Origin: Psilocybe cubensis
Lineage: Eukaryota
DNA length: 64,000 nucleotides
Reading direction: 5' to 3'
Assembly (NCBI GenBank): GCA_017499595.2
Contig: CM039000.1
Coordinates: 2,480,001 to 2,544,000 of the forward strand
Part shown: positions 11,902 through 24,803 of the stretch, one piece after another
Layout: every line of letters begins with the position of its first letter
How positions within the stretch are numbered: the stretch's first letter is position 1
The notes under the pieces: model-generated
What the model saw: only the letters and a program-made list of their open reading frames with translations
Told to the model about the DNA's origin: nothing
Databases searched by the model: none
Program-made: the position numbers and the translations under genes

Positions 11902-14900
11902 ATGTCGAATTTGCACCACGATCAACGACTGCAGGAGTGCTATGATCAACTTCAGTATGCTTCATTTTATGTGTAATTTTTGTCTATGTTGATGGCCAGT
12001 CAGTACTATAGTCGCGCGTCGAAATGAATTGTTACGCGAGTTGTATCGCATGATAGAGCGTAGAAAGGATACTCAATCCAGCTTTGATGATGTGGACCAT
12101 GAAAGCGATGAGTTTCAACGTTTCCTGAAGAGGTTTGATTTATCTGCGGAGTACGTTTATTGTTCACGTATAATTCATCTGCTCATACTGTGAAATAGCA
12201 CAGACCTCGGTTCCATCACGAACTTAAGAGAGGAAGAAATACCATTTCTTTCGGAAACACTTTCAAAATCTTCTCCCTCCTCTGTTTCTACGTCGGTAGT
12301 GGACCACAAACCGAGCCAATCAACAAGAACAACACGCAGTCAGTCTCGTGCTACAGAACAGCCCCAATCACCTTCACCCATCCATGATATTTCTCTCAAT
12401 GGCACTCCTACTGAAGCACAAATTCAGCGCATGTCTGATGATGAAGGCGACTTAAAAAAACGTCAAACTTCCGAGATTCCAAGCCGCACAGAAAGCTCAG
12501 ATAATGAAGAAGATGAACTCGAACTGATGAGGTCCTCTGCATTATCTGCTGAAGGCGAAGTTCGGCCTAGTCTTCCTGTCTTGGTTGATAAGATCCAAAA
12601 AGAAATACCGTCCCCTTCTTCACAGACACTTCAGGGTCTACTCGAAGTGTCAAGTCCATCGCTTTCACACCCACTTCCATCTCGATGTACACCCACGCCT
12701 ACACATACTACTGAGGACATTGAGATGAAAGCTTTATCAGTGCCCAACACCCCGAAATTGAAGCTGGATCAAATGGAAGGTCAATCAGACATAGACATGA
12801 CTTCACTTACATATAACAATACTGGACCATCATCAGAAGGGAATCACACGCGTGTCTCTCCAGAACCACCTCAACTTGCGAATGTCGCGCCGGATGTCCC
12901 GTTGGATACCATTCCCATGGAAGTGGATAAAGGCACTGAAAAAGATGAGCAAGGCGATGTGAATGTCACAAATGGGGAGGATGAAAAGGCGGAGAAGGAG
13001 AGCGATGTTGAGCAACACGGTCTTTTGGAAGAGAGCTCTATGTCGGTCAAAAGGGAACCACCGTCTTCAACAAGCGTTACCGAACGTTTACGCATTCATA
13101 TCCCATTGCCCCCTAGTATTGAGCCAGAGGTATTGATACCGGCTCCCACTTCTGCAACACATGAAGAACCAATATTTGTACTTGACGGTGTCACCTCTCC
13201 AGTACCACGATCTGACTCTCCCAAACTGCCGGTAGAATCCCGCATCAATTCAGTCGATGCCTACACATTGCCTCCCTTGAGCATAATGCCGCCAGAATTC
13301 AGTAATCGTAAAACAAAATCTACCAAACGCAAGCGGGATCGAGATGGCAAGCGAGATAAAGATAAGGAGAAGGAGAAAGAAAGGGAAAAGGACAAGGACA
13401 AGGATGACGCCGTTCCTCTTGGCTTGAATAGATGGGGCGCAACAGTAGTGGCAAACCCTGTTTGGAAAAGGGTAGCACGAGCAACTAAATGTTTGAGTAC
13501 TCGCGAATGGGGGGTGCGTATTGTCCTTTTACTTTTTTGCTGATTGTACGTTATAAGATTCCAACAAAATCTCGTCAGGTTGCAATGAACGAACTACGCT
13601 TGATCCGCACCATTGAAAGGATTGAGGCGCTTAAGGATAGCGGTAGATGGTCATTCAGGCAGCCGAAAAAGCAACGCGGGGTGGGTGGCTTAGTGAAAAC
13701 ACATTGGGACCACCTTTTAGATGAGATGGTCAGTGACAATTACTCGGTGTCTAGAAATCGGCTTTCTCATGGAAATTCAGAAATGGATGCGCATTGACTT
13801 TCGTGAAGAAAGAAGATGGAAAATGGCGCTGGCATACAACCTTTCGACGGCCGTTCTCGAATGGCACCTTGCCAAAACACCCGAAGAACGTCAACGTACA
13901 GGGATTTGCGTAAAATGGCAAACTTCCCTTTTCAGGACTAATGCTGTTAGCTCTTCTCGAGCGGTGAGTGTAGATGATGTCCAACAAGAACCAGTCAACA
14001 CACAATTGCTCGACGACAACTATGGAACCGATGACGACGATGAAGATGAACAAGAAAAGGCATTTAGCGTCACCGACGCTTTAGAACCTGCAAATATTAT
14101 TCAGGAATCCATGGAGCTTGACATACAGCCCAAGAGTGAAGAAGTTGACGAACAGTCTGCCATCGCGATTCTTCATCAAATCCCCCAGTCCGATCTTAGT
14201 CAAGAAAGTCATCCCACTTTAACCGGAAGCGCCAATCCCACCAATGCGTTGAAAAATTCATCGACCGATCCCCTTTTAGGAGGCTTAAAGTCAAGTTCTC
14301 AGTCAACCAACGGAGATGCTGAGGCTACAATAACTGTAAAACCGTCTAAATCAGATCTTGTTCCTCTACAAGAGCGAATTGTTTACACTGGAGACGATTC
14401 TCTTTTCATTGATTTGGATAACATCCGTATTCAAGACTCGACCAAGGATAAAGGAGATGCATTTGAGCCCATAGACCTACCTTCTCTATTTCCGGATCTT
14501 CAACCATTGGGTCTTCTTGATGTTGCACATCCTGTGGTTCCAGCAGACGGCAAGAGGAAGGTCGACAAGAAATCGGACAGAGATGATCCCCATAAAAGGG
14601 TCGAGGATATTACATACACCAAGCTTTATCCTACTGGTCGATTTATGTTCACGAAGCCAACGTTAATCGGACCTCTCCAACCCGCCAAGAAATGGAAGGA
14701 CGGGAAATGGTTACCTCTGGACTATTTTTCAGTTGTTCCAGAGACAGAAAATGGTATTCGAATTCCAGAAGAAAGCGCTAGTGGTAAGTAATTTCTCACT
14801 TGCCTGCTACACTATATTAAACTGCTTCTCAGATCTTTTCGATGTTAGGCCAAGTATGTCATCGCAGCATTCTATGCCAAAAACGCAGCGTATCAAAGAT

Positions 14901-16313
14901 GGAGAGGATAAGGAAAAACACGCTTGGACGGCGAACGATGACCTTTTGTTGAAGACCATTATAGACAAGTACTCGACGAACTGGCAGCTCATAGCTGATA
15001 CTTTTAACGCAACTCGCCTTTCGACGCCGACCGATGTACGAACCCCAGTCGATTGTGCCGAGCGTTGGAAAGAGAAATGGAATCCTGATCGCAAGTTGCA
15101 ACTTCCTGAGACATCTCAGTCTTTGACAGAGGAAGCTTCGACTTCTGGGAGCAACGCACAATCCAACATGCTCACGCGAGCGGTCAAGCGCCTCGCCAGC
15201 ACTGGCACAACAAACATGTCGTCGTCACTGAATTCCGCAGCCTCCACTGAGGCTCGCAAGCGAAGGCGACACATTCTACTCAATGAAGCCGTTCGAAAAG
15301 CTGTTAAGAAAAGGAATGAAGCGGCACAGAAGGCTATTGGTACGTAAATTTGTATAATTTGAAATTGATGACGCTGAATTTACTGTAGCGAATCAAAGAA
15401 AACCGCCCGCGGTCCACGAGACTCACAACCAATTCAACAAGTTACCGAAATTGAGTCCTCAAGAACTCAGCCGTATGAAAGCAGAAAAGGATCAGCGAGA
15501 TAGTCAGGAGGCAGCTCTGGTAAGAAAACGACAAGAAGAGCAACAACGACAAAACCTGTTGTTACGAGAGCAGCAGCAACGACCAAATGTTACAGCACGT
15601 ACTAAATTCCATTCCTCGTCGCTCTTTGTTAACATCGATCGTAGGTGCAACAGCAGCAGCAGCCCCCGCAGCCTCCCCAACAAACCCCTCAACCTCAGCC
15701 CACAAATGCTGTACAGCCACTTCAGCAACAGGCACAATTTCCTCAGCAACTCGCTCAACTACAACAACTGCAAGCACAACAACAGGCAAATCAGCGCCAA
15801 AATATAACTGGTATAACAGTGATGCCGAATCGGCCGGCTAGGATAACAGCGAATGCCAATGGCCGACCGGTCGGGCCGCAAGCCCTACAAGCCCAAGCCC
15901 AAGCCCAGCTTTTACAAGCCCGAATGCAGCCTCAAATACATCCAGGCGGGGGGGCAACTAATCTGGTCAGTCCTTGCATGTCTTAGGTAGAGTAGTCATT
16001 GATAGAGCATAACTAGCCACAAGGGCTCCTTGCGCCAAACCAAGGGGGTGGAACTGCCCTTCATCCGTCAACCGGTGCCTTTTATGGGTTGGCACAAAAT
16101 ATGACTCAAGAACAGGTTGAACTCTTTCGTGCTCAGTTACTGGTTAGCTAAAGTCCAATTCTCTTGTGAATTCAGTTTCTGATGATGGCACTCAAGACCG
16201 CACAGCAGCAACAGCAGCAGCAGCAACAGCAGCAGCAGCAACAACAACAACAACAACAGCAGCAGCAGCAGCAGAATCAATCTGCCCAGAGCAATTTCGG
16301 TGCTCAGCCCTAA
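11902..16313 (+). CDS. EAF1: NuA4 scaffold Eaf1/Vid21 (HSA and SANT/Myb domains, Q-rich tail)
   Basis: [11 protein letters not shown]...[28 protein letters not shown] region; [37 protein letters not shown] motif. Start codon inferred. Confidence 0.88.
16203..16274 (+). repeat. (CAG/CAA)24 polyglutamine microsatellite in the last EAF1 exon
   Basis: 72 nt of uninterrupted CAG/CAA codons. Confidence 0.95.
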
Positions 16314-16727
16314 CGAATCCACATATCAGATGGGAAAAGACTGTGTACAAATTAACGAGTGTAAAATCTTTTGCTTGGCCGTACGCGTGGCTGGACAAGC
16401 CCACTGGACTTGTTTAATCGGATTCAGAAAAGTGACCGGTAGCCAATTGCGGACAACAAGGCTGTGACAAGTTTGGGATGCATGTAGAGAAAGGTGTAAG
16501 ATATTGACTTGGTAGTGTATATTCATTTATTAGATGGTGTAATGACTTGGTATGACGCTTTTAGGACAGAAGGCGATAATTGAAATTGAGGGACGGAATG
16601 ATAGGCGGGATGTGTGATTTACAGGCGTGACAGAGCGTGACTGGCAGCACTGCAAGGATTGGCAGGGATTTGCTTGATGGCTAGTCGCGGCATTGCTCCT
16701 TCAAGCCAAGACTCTTTTCGGTTTCTC

Positions 16728-16808
16728 GTCCTCTTCTTCTTCCTCTTTCTCTTTCTCTTTCTCCTCCTCTTTCTTTCTCCTCCATCTTCCCCTAACCTCT
16801 CTTCTTAC
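16728..16808 (+). promoter_or_regulatory. Pyrimidine (CT)-rich tract upstream of the GH5 gene
   Basis: Near-pure C/T run about 85-165 nt before the ATG; such tracts are common near fungal transcription starts. Confidence 0.5.
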
Positions 16809-16892
16809 CCCACTCAGTACCTAACATAAAGGTCTTCCTCTAATTTTTTTCTGCTCCCCCTATTCTACTCCCGCGGCCTACAGGTTTAGCCC

Positions 16893-19697
16893 ATGTCGCA
16901 TAACAACAACGACCCTTCGCGTGGTGTTGCATACGATCCTTTACCTCTTACCCAGGACGACCACCTCCCAAATACTCTCTATAATGCTCCTCCGTCCCCA
17001 GACCTTACATCGACTTTCCACACACCTCAGACTGCACCAGGGGAGCTAGGACCCGACACTGCATTAGGAGGTGCCCAGCCTCGCTTCCTTGGTGCGGCCT
17101 TGTATGATGGGCCCGGGTCTCCGGTAATCCGCGACTCCTTTGCGTCATCTCAACACACCTTTCCAGGCTCCGAATACAATGCATCTGTCTATGCTCTCAA
17201 CGACCCGTCAGGTCCTGCGCGCTATGATGGCAGCTACCGTGACGATCCACGCGATAGTTACTATGCTGGTGAGCATGGTGGTGTGCCCATGTCTCAGGGG
17301 AACTCGTCAGCCAGAATGCTGGAGGAAAAACGCACTGCTTATGAGCCCCCACAAACGAAATCGCGTCGTAAAATTATGATTCTGGGTGCCATTGCTGCTC
17401 TGATTCTCATCATTCTTGCCATCATTGTTCCGCTGTATTTCGCTGTCTTCAAAAAGTCAAACAATAATGAGGCTTCTAGTAGCCAGAGTACTTCCAAAGC
17501 AACTACGTCCTCATCTGCTCCACCGACTTCTTCGTCGGCTGCGTCTCCACCTGTACGGGTCGTGACAGGAGGCGACGGTTCGATTATAACCATGGAAGAC
17601 GGAACTACCTTCGAATACAAAAACCCTTTCGGTGGTTATTGGTATTGGGATGAAAACGATCCCTTTAATAATGGCGCAAGAGCACAGTCTTGGACACCTG
17701 CTCTAAACGAAACCTTTAATTACGGCGTTGACAGGGTTCGAGGGTAAGCACTGACCATTATATCTCCATAGGATGATCTTCTCAAAGTATGATTTATTTA
17801 AGAGTAAATTTTGGTGGATGGTTGAATACCGAACCTGTAAGCCTTATTATATTTTGACTGTTCAATCTTGGTTCTTATTTTGTTGCCAGTTTATGTTAGT
17901 CTTACTCGCCTGCTTTTGTTCAAGTCTTAACCGTTTCTTCACAGTTCTCCGGCACTTTATCAGAAGTATTCGTCAAATCCCGTGCCACCAGTTGATGAAT
18001 GGACTCTTAGTCAAGCTATGCGAGCAGATGTAGCTGGAGGAGGTATCTCTCAAATGGAAACGCACTATAAAACTTTCATTGTAAGTCCACTTTACCAAAT
18101 GGAGAAATCCCTTTTTCAGATCTTTTCCTATCAAGACGGAGAAAGATTTCGCGGACGTTGCAGGGGCGGGTCTTAATTACGTCCGTATTCCCATCGGTTG
18201 GTGGGCAATCGAAGTACGGGATGATGAACCTTTCTTGCCTAAAGTGTCATGGACGTAAGTGATACGATTTCCCTTGTTTCTCAGGTTGACCTCCGTTGTA
18301 GCTATTTCCTCAAAGCAATCAAATGGGCTCGCAAATACGGTCTACGAATCAATCTCGATTTACATGCCGTTCCTGGTAGCCAGAATGGTTGGAATCACTC
18401 TGGACGCTTTGGAACTATTGGTTTTTTGAGCGGACCCATGGGTTATGCGAATGCTCAGCGAACGCTTGATTACATTCGAATCCTTGCTGAATTTATCTCA
18501 CAACCGCAATACAAGGATGTCGTAACAATGTTTGGCATTCTTAATGAACCTCAAGAAACGTTTATTGGTCAAGATGTTTTGTCAAGTTTGTAAGTTCATT
18601 TAGTGATTAGGGTGAACATTGTTGATAAACCTTCTTTTGGTAGCTATTTGGAAGCATATGATATTGTTCGCACCGCTGGAGGTACAGGGGCAGGCAACGG
18701 CCCGTACATTTCCTTACATGATGGGTTCCTTCCTCGTGATCAATGGGCAAATTTCCTGCCCAACGCCGACCGCCTTTCGTTAGACTCTCACCCATATCTT
18801 TGTTTTGGGCCCCAATCCAATGCTGCAATGTCGACGTACGCCTTAACACCTTGTCAGAGATGGGGCAGCGCTGTCAATAATTCTATGGCTGCTTTCGGCC
18901 ACACCAACGCGGGAGAATTCAGCAATGCTGTCACCGATTGTGGTCTTTTCTTGAATGGTGTTGGTCTTGGAACGCGCTATGAGGGTGATTATGATGGTGT
19001 CTGGCCTAGAATGGGAAGTTGCAGACAGTGGACTGATTGGCAGAACTATGATGAGGCAACTAAACGGGCTATCCGTCAGTTTGCATTAGCTAGCATGGAT
19101 GCCCTTCAGGTAGCTCATGCCTTTTTTCTCACTTTCTTCTTTTTTTGATTATCCTTCGGTTAGGACTACTTTTTCTGGACATGGAAAATCGGCAACTCCA
19201 GCGTCTCTGGGGTGGTTGAGACACCTGCATGGTCTTATCAACTCGGGCTGCAGCAAGGTTGGATGCCCACCGATCCAAGGGAAGCGACCGGTGTTTGCGG
19301 AAACACAAGTCCATGGACACCTCCTCTGAAATCCTGGCAAACCGGCGGAGCAAATGCCGGTAATATTCCTTCCTCCGTTAGATCCAGTTTGGCGTGGCCA
19401 CCAGCAAGCTTTAAGACAGGCGGTGCTGTTGCATCGCTGCCTTCATACACACCAACAGGCCCCATCCCTACCTTACCCGGGCCAACGTTCTCACCTGTTA
19501 ATCCCACAGCAACGATCGATGTCGGAAATGGCTGGGCAAATTCTGCAGATACCCAAGGAATGCATGTACCTATTTCCACATGCTCCTATCCGGATCCATG
19601 GGTAAATCCTTCCACGGCCCCTCCCCCCATGTGTGGCGCCGGCACGCGCAGAGAAACTGCACCACGATCTTTTAACACTGACCCTTTATCATCATGA
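16893..19697 (+). CDS. Type II membrane-anchored GH5 glucan 1,3-beta-glucosidase (ExgD-like)
   Basis: Single TM helix; GVNFGGWLNTEPFISP, LNYVRIPIGWW, INLDLHAVPGSQNGWNHSG, ILNEP (acid/base), AGEFS (nucleophile), FFWTWK. Confidence 0.93.
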
Positions 19698-19968
19698 GCG
19701 AAGTGTGTTAGGATTCTCAGTACACCTTTATGACACCATGACATGGACAATAATCACACAGTTTTTTGATTCTTCGCTTTCGTGGCAGGGTACACTATGT
19801 GCTCTGCAAGGACTTCTTTCGGACTGTCAATTTTAGCATAACGCACATTCATTTAGTCATTAATATTACAATACTTCGGCGGGCAGTAAATGCACGTCAT
19901 GCACAGAAAAGATAAAGTAGCATTGTTTTCAGCGACCCGCATTTATCTTGTTGGATAACAATTGACTT

Positions 19969-20331
19969 TCAGTGTTCACCGCTCGTAGTGGCATAGCGAT
20001 CTTCGAGATCCTCTTGTCCTCCAAAACCCCCTTCGAAGTCGCGATCCATGGGATGTTTGACCTGGTCGATGCCGTCGTTATCTTTGTTCTCGGAATGTGT
20101 CTGCCTAATTGCTTCGAGTTGCTCCTTCTCCTAGTAAACATAGAGATGGTCAAATGCAAGGTAACAGAAATCATAAGATAGCCCGAGATTTGATACCTTT
20201 TGGCGGATGTACTGTGCTTCTTGTGATTGTTCCCTGCCTTTCCAAGTCGAGTCCTAGATACAACGGGTCAATTGTGTAGACGATACTTTTCGGAATTCGC
20301 TTGCCTGTGCAGTAGCTCCTGATGTTGACAT
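19969..20331 (-). CDS. 81-aa IF1/ATPase-inhibitor-like protein, 3 exons (20331-20305, 20253-20197, 20130-19969)
   Basis: MSTSGATAQ|DSTWKGREQSQEAQYIRQK|EKEQLEAIRQ... resembles the IF1 core (yeast Inh1 EDSFVKRERATEDFFVRQREKEQL, recalled). Introns are 51 nt (GC-AG) and 66 nt (GT-AG); TATA-like run near 20424-20434. Confidence 0.78.
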
Positions 20332-20980
20332 GGTTGTGAAGTTGTGAACCGGAAGACCTTGTGGTAGTAGCTAAGGGAGATACAGGATCCGAGGACTCCG
20401 CCTCCCCGTGATGTCATTGAGACTATATATATATGAAGCGTGCGAATGAATTACCTTTATGAAAGCTCAATCATGTTGTCTCTTTAAAATAAACTCTTCC
20501 TATGCCACCAGTACTGCACTGTGCAGGCTTCAGAACCCTTTCTGGGCAAGTTCCCCTCTAAACTAATCAGCATCTAGTTACTTCCATTTCACGTCTCCGT
20601 TGTATAGTCGGTATGATGCATCTCGTGCTCCAAATTCCGTCCTCCCACAGATCTCTGTTTCTATGCATGACCTTTTCAGCTGACGAACGGTTTGTTTTGG
20701 AATTGAACTCCCTGGATGGATCCTCTATCGTAGCCAGATGGCACCTGATGGGACTAAAATGATTCGCCATGCCGTATGCTGTGTGCAATGGTTCTTTCAT
20801 ACATCACCTGTAAACGTCTTCTGGTCATGAACCTCTAGAATTCGACTTATTTTTCCGCCACCCGGGGCATCTTGGAACACCCATGTGGCATTTAGTTTAT
20901 TGTTAGCCTTTGCTTCGACTAGCGGACTATATATTGTGCGCTAAAATGTGCTCTGTATTCGAAAGCCTTCCCTCAGCAAT

Positions 20981-23900
20981 ATGAGACGTTGGGTACTAGG
21001 CTGTACTTTTCTACTTAGTAGCTTCGTTACCTCAGTGTTGGGGCTTGGATCGTCATGCAGCGCGCCTTTAACCACAGGGACTGCGAGCAACTCGGATCCC
21101 TTCTGGATGCAAAGTATCAAACACCAGGGAACATCTGCATTCAATTCTAACCCAAGTGGATACCAGGTTTTCAGAAACGTCAAAGTACGTGAAATCTTGG
21201 ACTTATCTCACTTATAAACGATATAAACTAACATATCTTTTGCGTTTAGGACTTCGGGGCCAAGGGCGATGGATTTACCGATGATACTGTTGCTATCAAG
21301 TATGTTGCTTTATTGTTCTATGTGATCCCTTCCCGCTCAAACCGATAAATAGCAACGCTATCACGGCTGGATCGCGGTGCGGTGGTGGAACGTGTGCTTC
21401 ATCTACGTGAGTGCTTGACCACTTTCCAAATAATCAAGATATTCAATTCTGGGCAGGCTTACTCCCGCTGTTGTATTCTTTCCCCAAGGGTAATCATCAT
21501 TCTAGTTTTGTTCAACTGGACCCTTTGAATTCATTTGCCACTAGAACATACATCATTTCAGCCCCCATTATTGCATACTACTATACACAATTAATAGGCG
21601 ATGCAAAAAATCCCCCAACTCTTCGTGCAACATCAAGCTTTAATGGAATTGCAGTCATCGGTGAGCTATATGCATATTCATTCTCAGGCAGTATTATATT
21701 GAAGTAAAATCAATTGAATTCTACTGTTAGACGCCGATCCATATATACCAGGAGGCAATGGCGCACAATTCTATGTCAATCAAAACAATTTGTATATCTT
21801 CGTTTTGCGCTGGCGTAATTTGAGTTTGACTCGGTTTTAGCTTCAGGTCTGTCAGAAACTTCGTCATCGATGTTCGGCAGTAAGCATTGTGAATAATATG
21901 GGTTTGGCATAATGCATTGACGTTTCCACAACAGAGTCCCCGCTACTGCATCTCAAGGAACCGGTCTCCATTGGCAAGCTTCTCAGTCTACGTCCTTGAT
22001 CAACGTTGTTGTGGAAATGTCCACTGCCCCTAACACAGCTCATCAAGGTATAGAATCCTTTTTATTGCTCATATCATCTGATCTTCTCATATTATCCAAA
22101 GGCATCTTCATGGAAAACGGAAGGTAAAATGAAGTTGTTAATCTGACCGAATTCTATTTGAAAATATTGTCTAGTGGTGGCTTCATGGGTGATCTCGTTT
22201 TCAACGGAGGTTTGCGAATTTTGGTGATGTTTCGTGATTTTTATTGACAAGGTTCTAGGAAAGTTCGGAATGTGGGTTGGAAATCAGCAGTAAGTTGCCA
22301 GTAAAACATCTTATATTCACGGTTGATTTATTATTATTGTATGGTATATCAGATTCACGGTTCGAAACGTCACCGTCAATAACGCGCAAAGCGGAATTTT
22401 CAGCGTCTGGAACTGGGGCAAGTTTATGTCTTTCTCCAAATTAGTATTTCTTCTAAATCCCAAACTCTAGGCTGGACTTATCAAGGAATTACGATTAATA
22501 ATTGCCAGGTGATTACAAATCAAGTGTGTCACCACTGATAAAAAGGCTCAAAGTATACAGGTCGGATTTGATGTAGCTACCGGTGGTGTTGCTGCGGGTG
22601 ATCAGGTGAGCCTGTAGTCCGGATAGGCTCGGGATGGTGTTGTTAAACGCATCTTCCAGACATCTGGTGCCATTGCCATCATCGACGCGACAATTCACAA
22701 TACACCCATCTTTGTGCGCACTTCTACGGCCAGCAATGGAAAGCTTGATGGATCAATCGTGATTAATAACGCGATGCTCACCAACGTGAGCATCGCTGTT
22801 GGTGTACAGGGAGGGGCCACGTTACTTGCCGGTGGCACCACCACAATTACTTCTTGGGGACAAGGAAATGTTTATAAAGGCAGCAATGGCGGATTTATAC
22901 AAGGGACCATTGTATCAGCTAACAAGCCTTCGCCATTGTTGGATTCGTCAGGCAAAATATTCGGTCGCACTCATCCTCAATACGCAAACTTCGCCGTTAG
23001 CCAATTCGTTAGTGTAAAAGACAACGGGGCGAAAGGTGACGGAAAGACGGACGATACTGCAGCGATCACGGCTATCTTCCAAAAGGTAATTAGTCAATCA
23101 TGCTTAAGTTGCTTATATGCATGACAATTTTCGTTCAAAATTCTAGTTTTCAGGGTGCAAAATCATCTTCTTCGATGCTGGGACTTATATTGTCACTTCA
23201 ACAATCACCATTCCCGCAGGCACTCAAATAGTGGGTGAAGCCTGGTCCGTTATCGCTGGCAAGGGATCAGCATTTCAAAATCAGAATAGTCCTACGCCTG
23301 TGGTTAAAGTCGGAGAATCTAATTCTCAAGGCATTGTTGAGATTACTGATATGCTCTTCACAACAATCGGTCCAGGCAAGTTCATTCTGTTACGTCATTG
23401 AATGGATTCATACTTACAAAAATCAATCAGCTGCGGGTGCGATTGTTGTGGAATGGAACGTAAAACAACCCTCGGGCACGACAGGTGGCGCAGGCATGTG
23501 GGATTCACATATCAGGTAACACACTTTCCTTCACAACCTAAATACATTTCTTACGCATTCCCTGTAGACTGGGTGGAGGTAAGCGGCTGTGAGAGCTATT
23601 GATATAATAAATACCACTCATTTGCTTCAATGTTTTAGCTGCTGGTACAAACCTGGAGCCAACTCAGTGTCCTCGCGGTGCAACCCCATCATCAAATTGT
23701 GCAGCAGCCTTCCTAGCTCTTCATCTCACCCCTGCCTCGACTGCATACTTGGAGGTATGCATCGTCGTCACTTCTTTAAGCCTGGCTAAACGCTTGTTGT
23801 AGGGAACATGGGTTTGGCTTGCAGACCATGATATTGATGGAGATGGTTCAACACAAGTTCAAATTTATTCTGGGAGAGGTATCTTATCCGAATCTGCTGG

Positions 23901-24656
23901 ACCCGTCTGGATGATAGGAACCGGTGAGTGCAACTTTCAAAACATCTGATATGCCGAGCTAATGTGTTGATAGCATGTACGTGATTCGGGCATTATTGAG
24001 GTTTCCATCTAACTGAAGGATATCCTGCATCTCCAGCTGAACATCATGTTCTTTATCAATATAATCTGGCCAACGCAAAGAACCATTACATGGGGCTAAT
24101 TCAAACTGAAACCGTATGCTTTCTTTACAATCTTCTAATTACCCATCTTAAAGCAAATTTTTCTTCAGCCATACTTCCAACCGAACCCTGCCCCTCCCAC
24201 GCCATTTTCAGCGAATTCTGCATTCCACGATCCGCCCTCGGCACCAGCACTTTCTTCCGCATGGGCACTCAACGTTCAGGGATCTACAGACATCATCGTT
24301 TTCGGTATGTCTTACGCCTTCATTTTCTAGTTGCTCGCTGAACAAGATGGCCGATAACCTTTCTTATCGTATAGGTGCCGGGCTATACAGTTTCTTTCAG
24401 GTAACACCGATTGTATGATAGAAGCTTCATTAATACTAATATTATTGTTTAATAGGATTTTACTCAAACCTGTTTAAACAGCAATAGCTGTCAATCACAA
24501 ATTTTAAATATCGATACCACATCGTCGGTGACCATATACAGTCTGTCAACAGTGGCAACCACTTTCCAGATCAGCATTGGGCAAAACGGTATTATAAATC
24601 AAAGTGCCAATGCTAATGGTTTTGCATCAACTGTAACTGCTTGGAGCAGGTCGTAA
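20981..24656 (+). CDS. Secreted GH55 exo-beta-1,3-glucanase, highly intron-fragmented
   Basis: Signal peptide; YQVFRNVK|DFGAKGDGFTDDT, YYYTQLIGDA, NQNNFFRSVRNF, second GAKGDGKTDDT repeat, WVWLADHDID, GTASEH, MGLIQTETPYFQP. Confidence 0.95.
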
Positions 24657-24803
24657 GGCATTACTCGATATGATCTATGTTATTTGTATTGTTACAAATC
24701 TACAGTTACAGAGATCCTGGTGTGCAGCTGCAGAATCAATAATGAAGGATATTAATGGCGACATGCTGTCGCGACCGACTAAATTGTTGATTGTCCATGA
24801 CTA

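Noticed and set aside
16137-16417. Poly-Leu, poly-Ala/Thr and poly-Ala/Val ORFs
   Set aside because: Alternative frames of the EAF1 CAG/CAA repeat.
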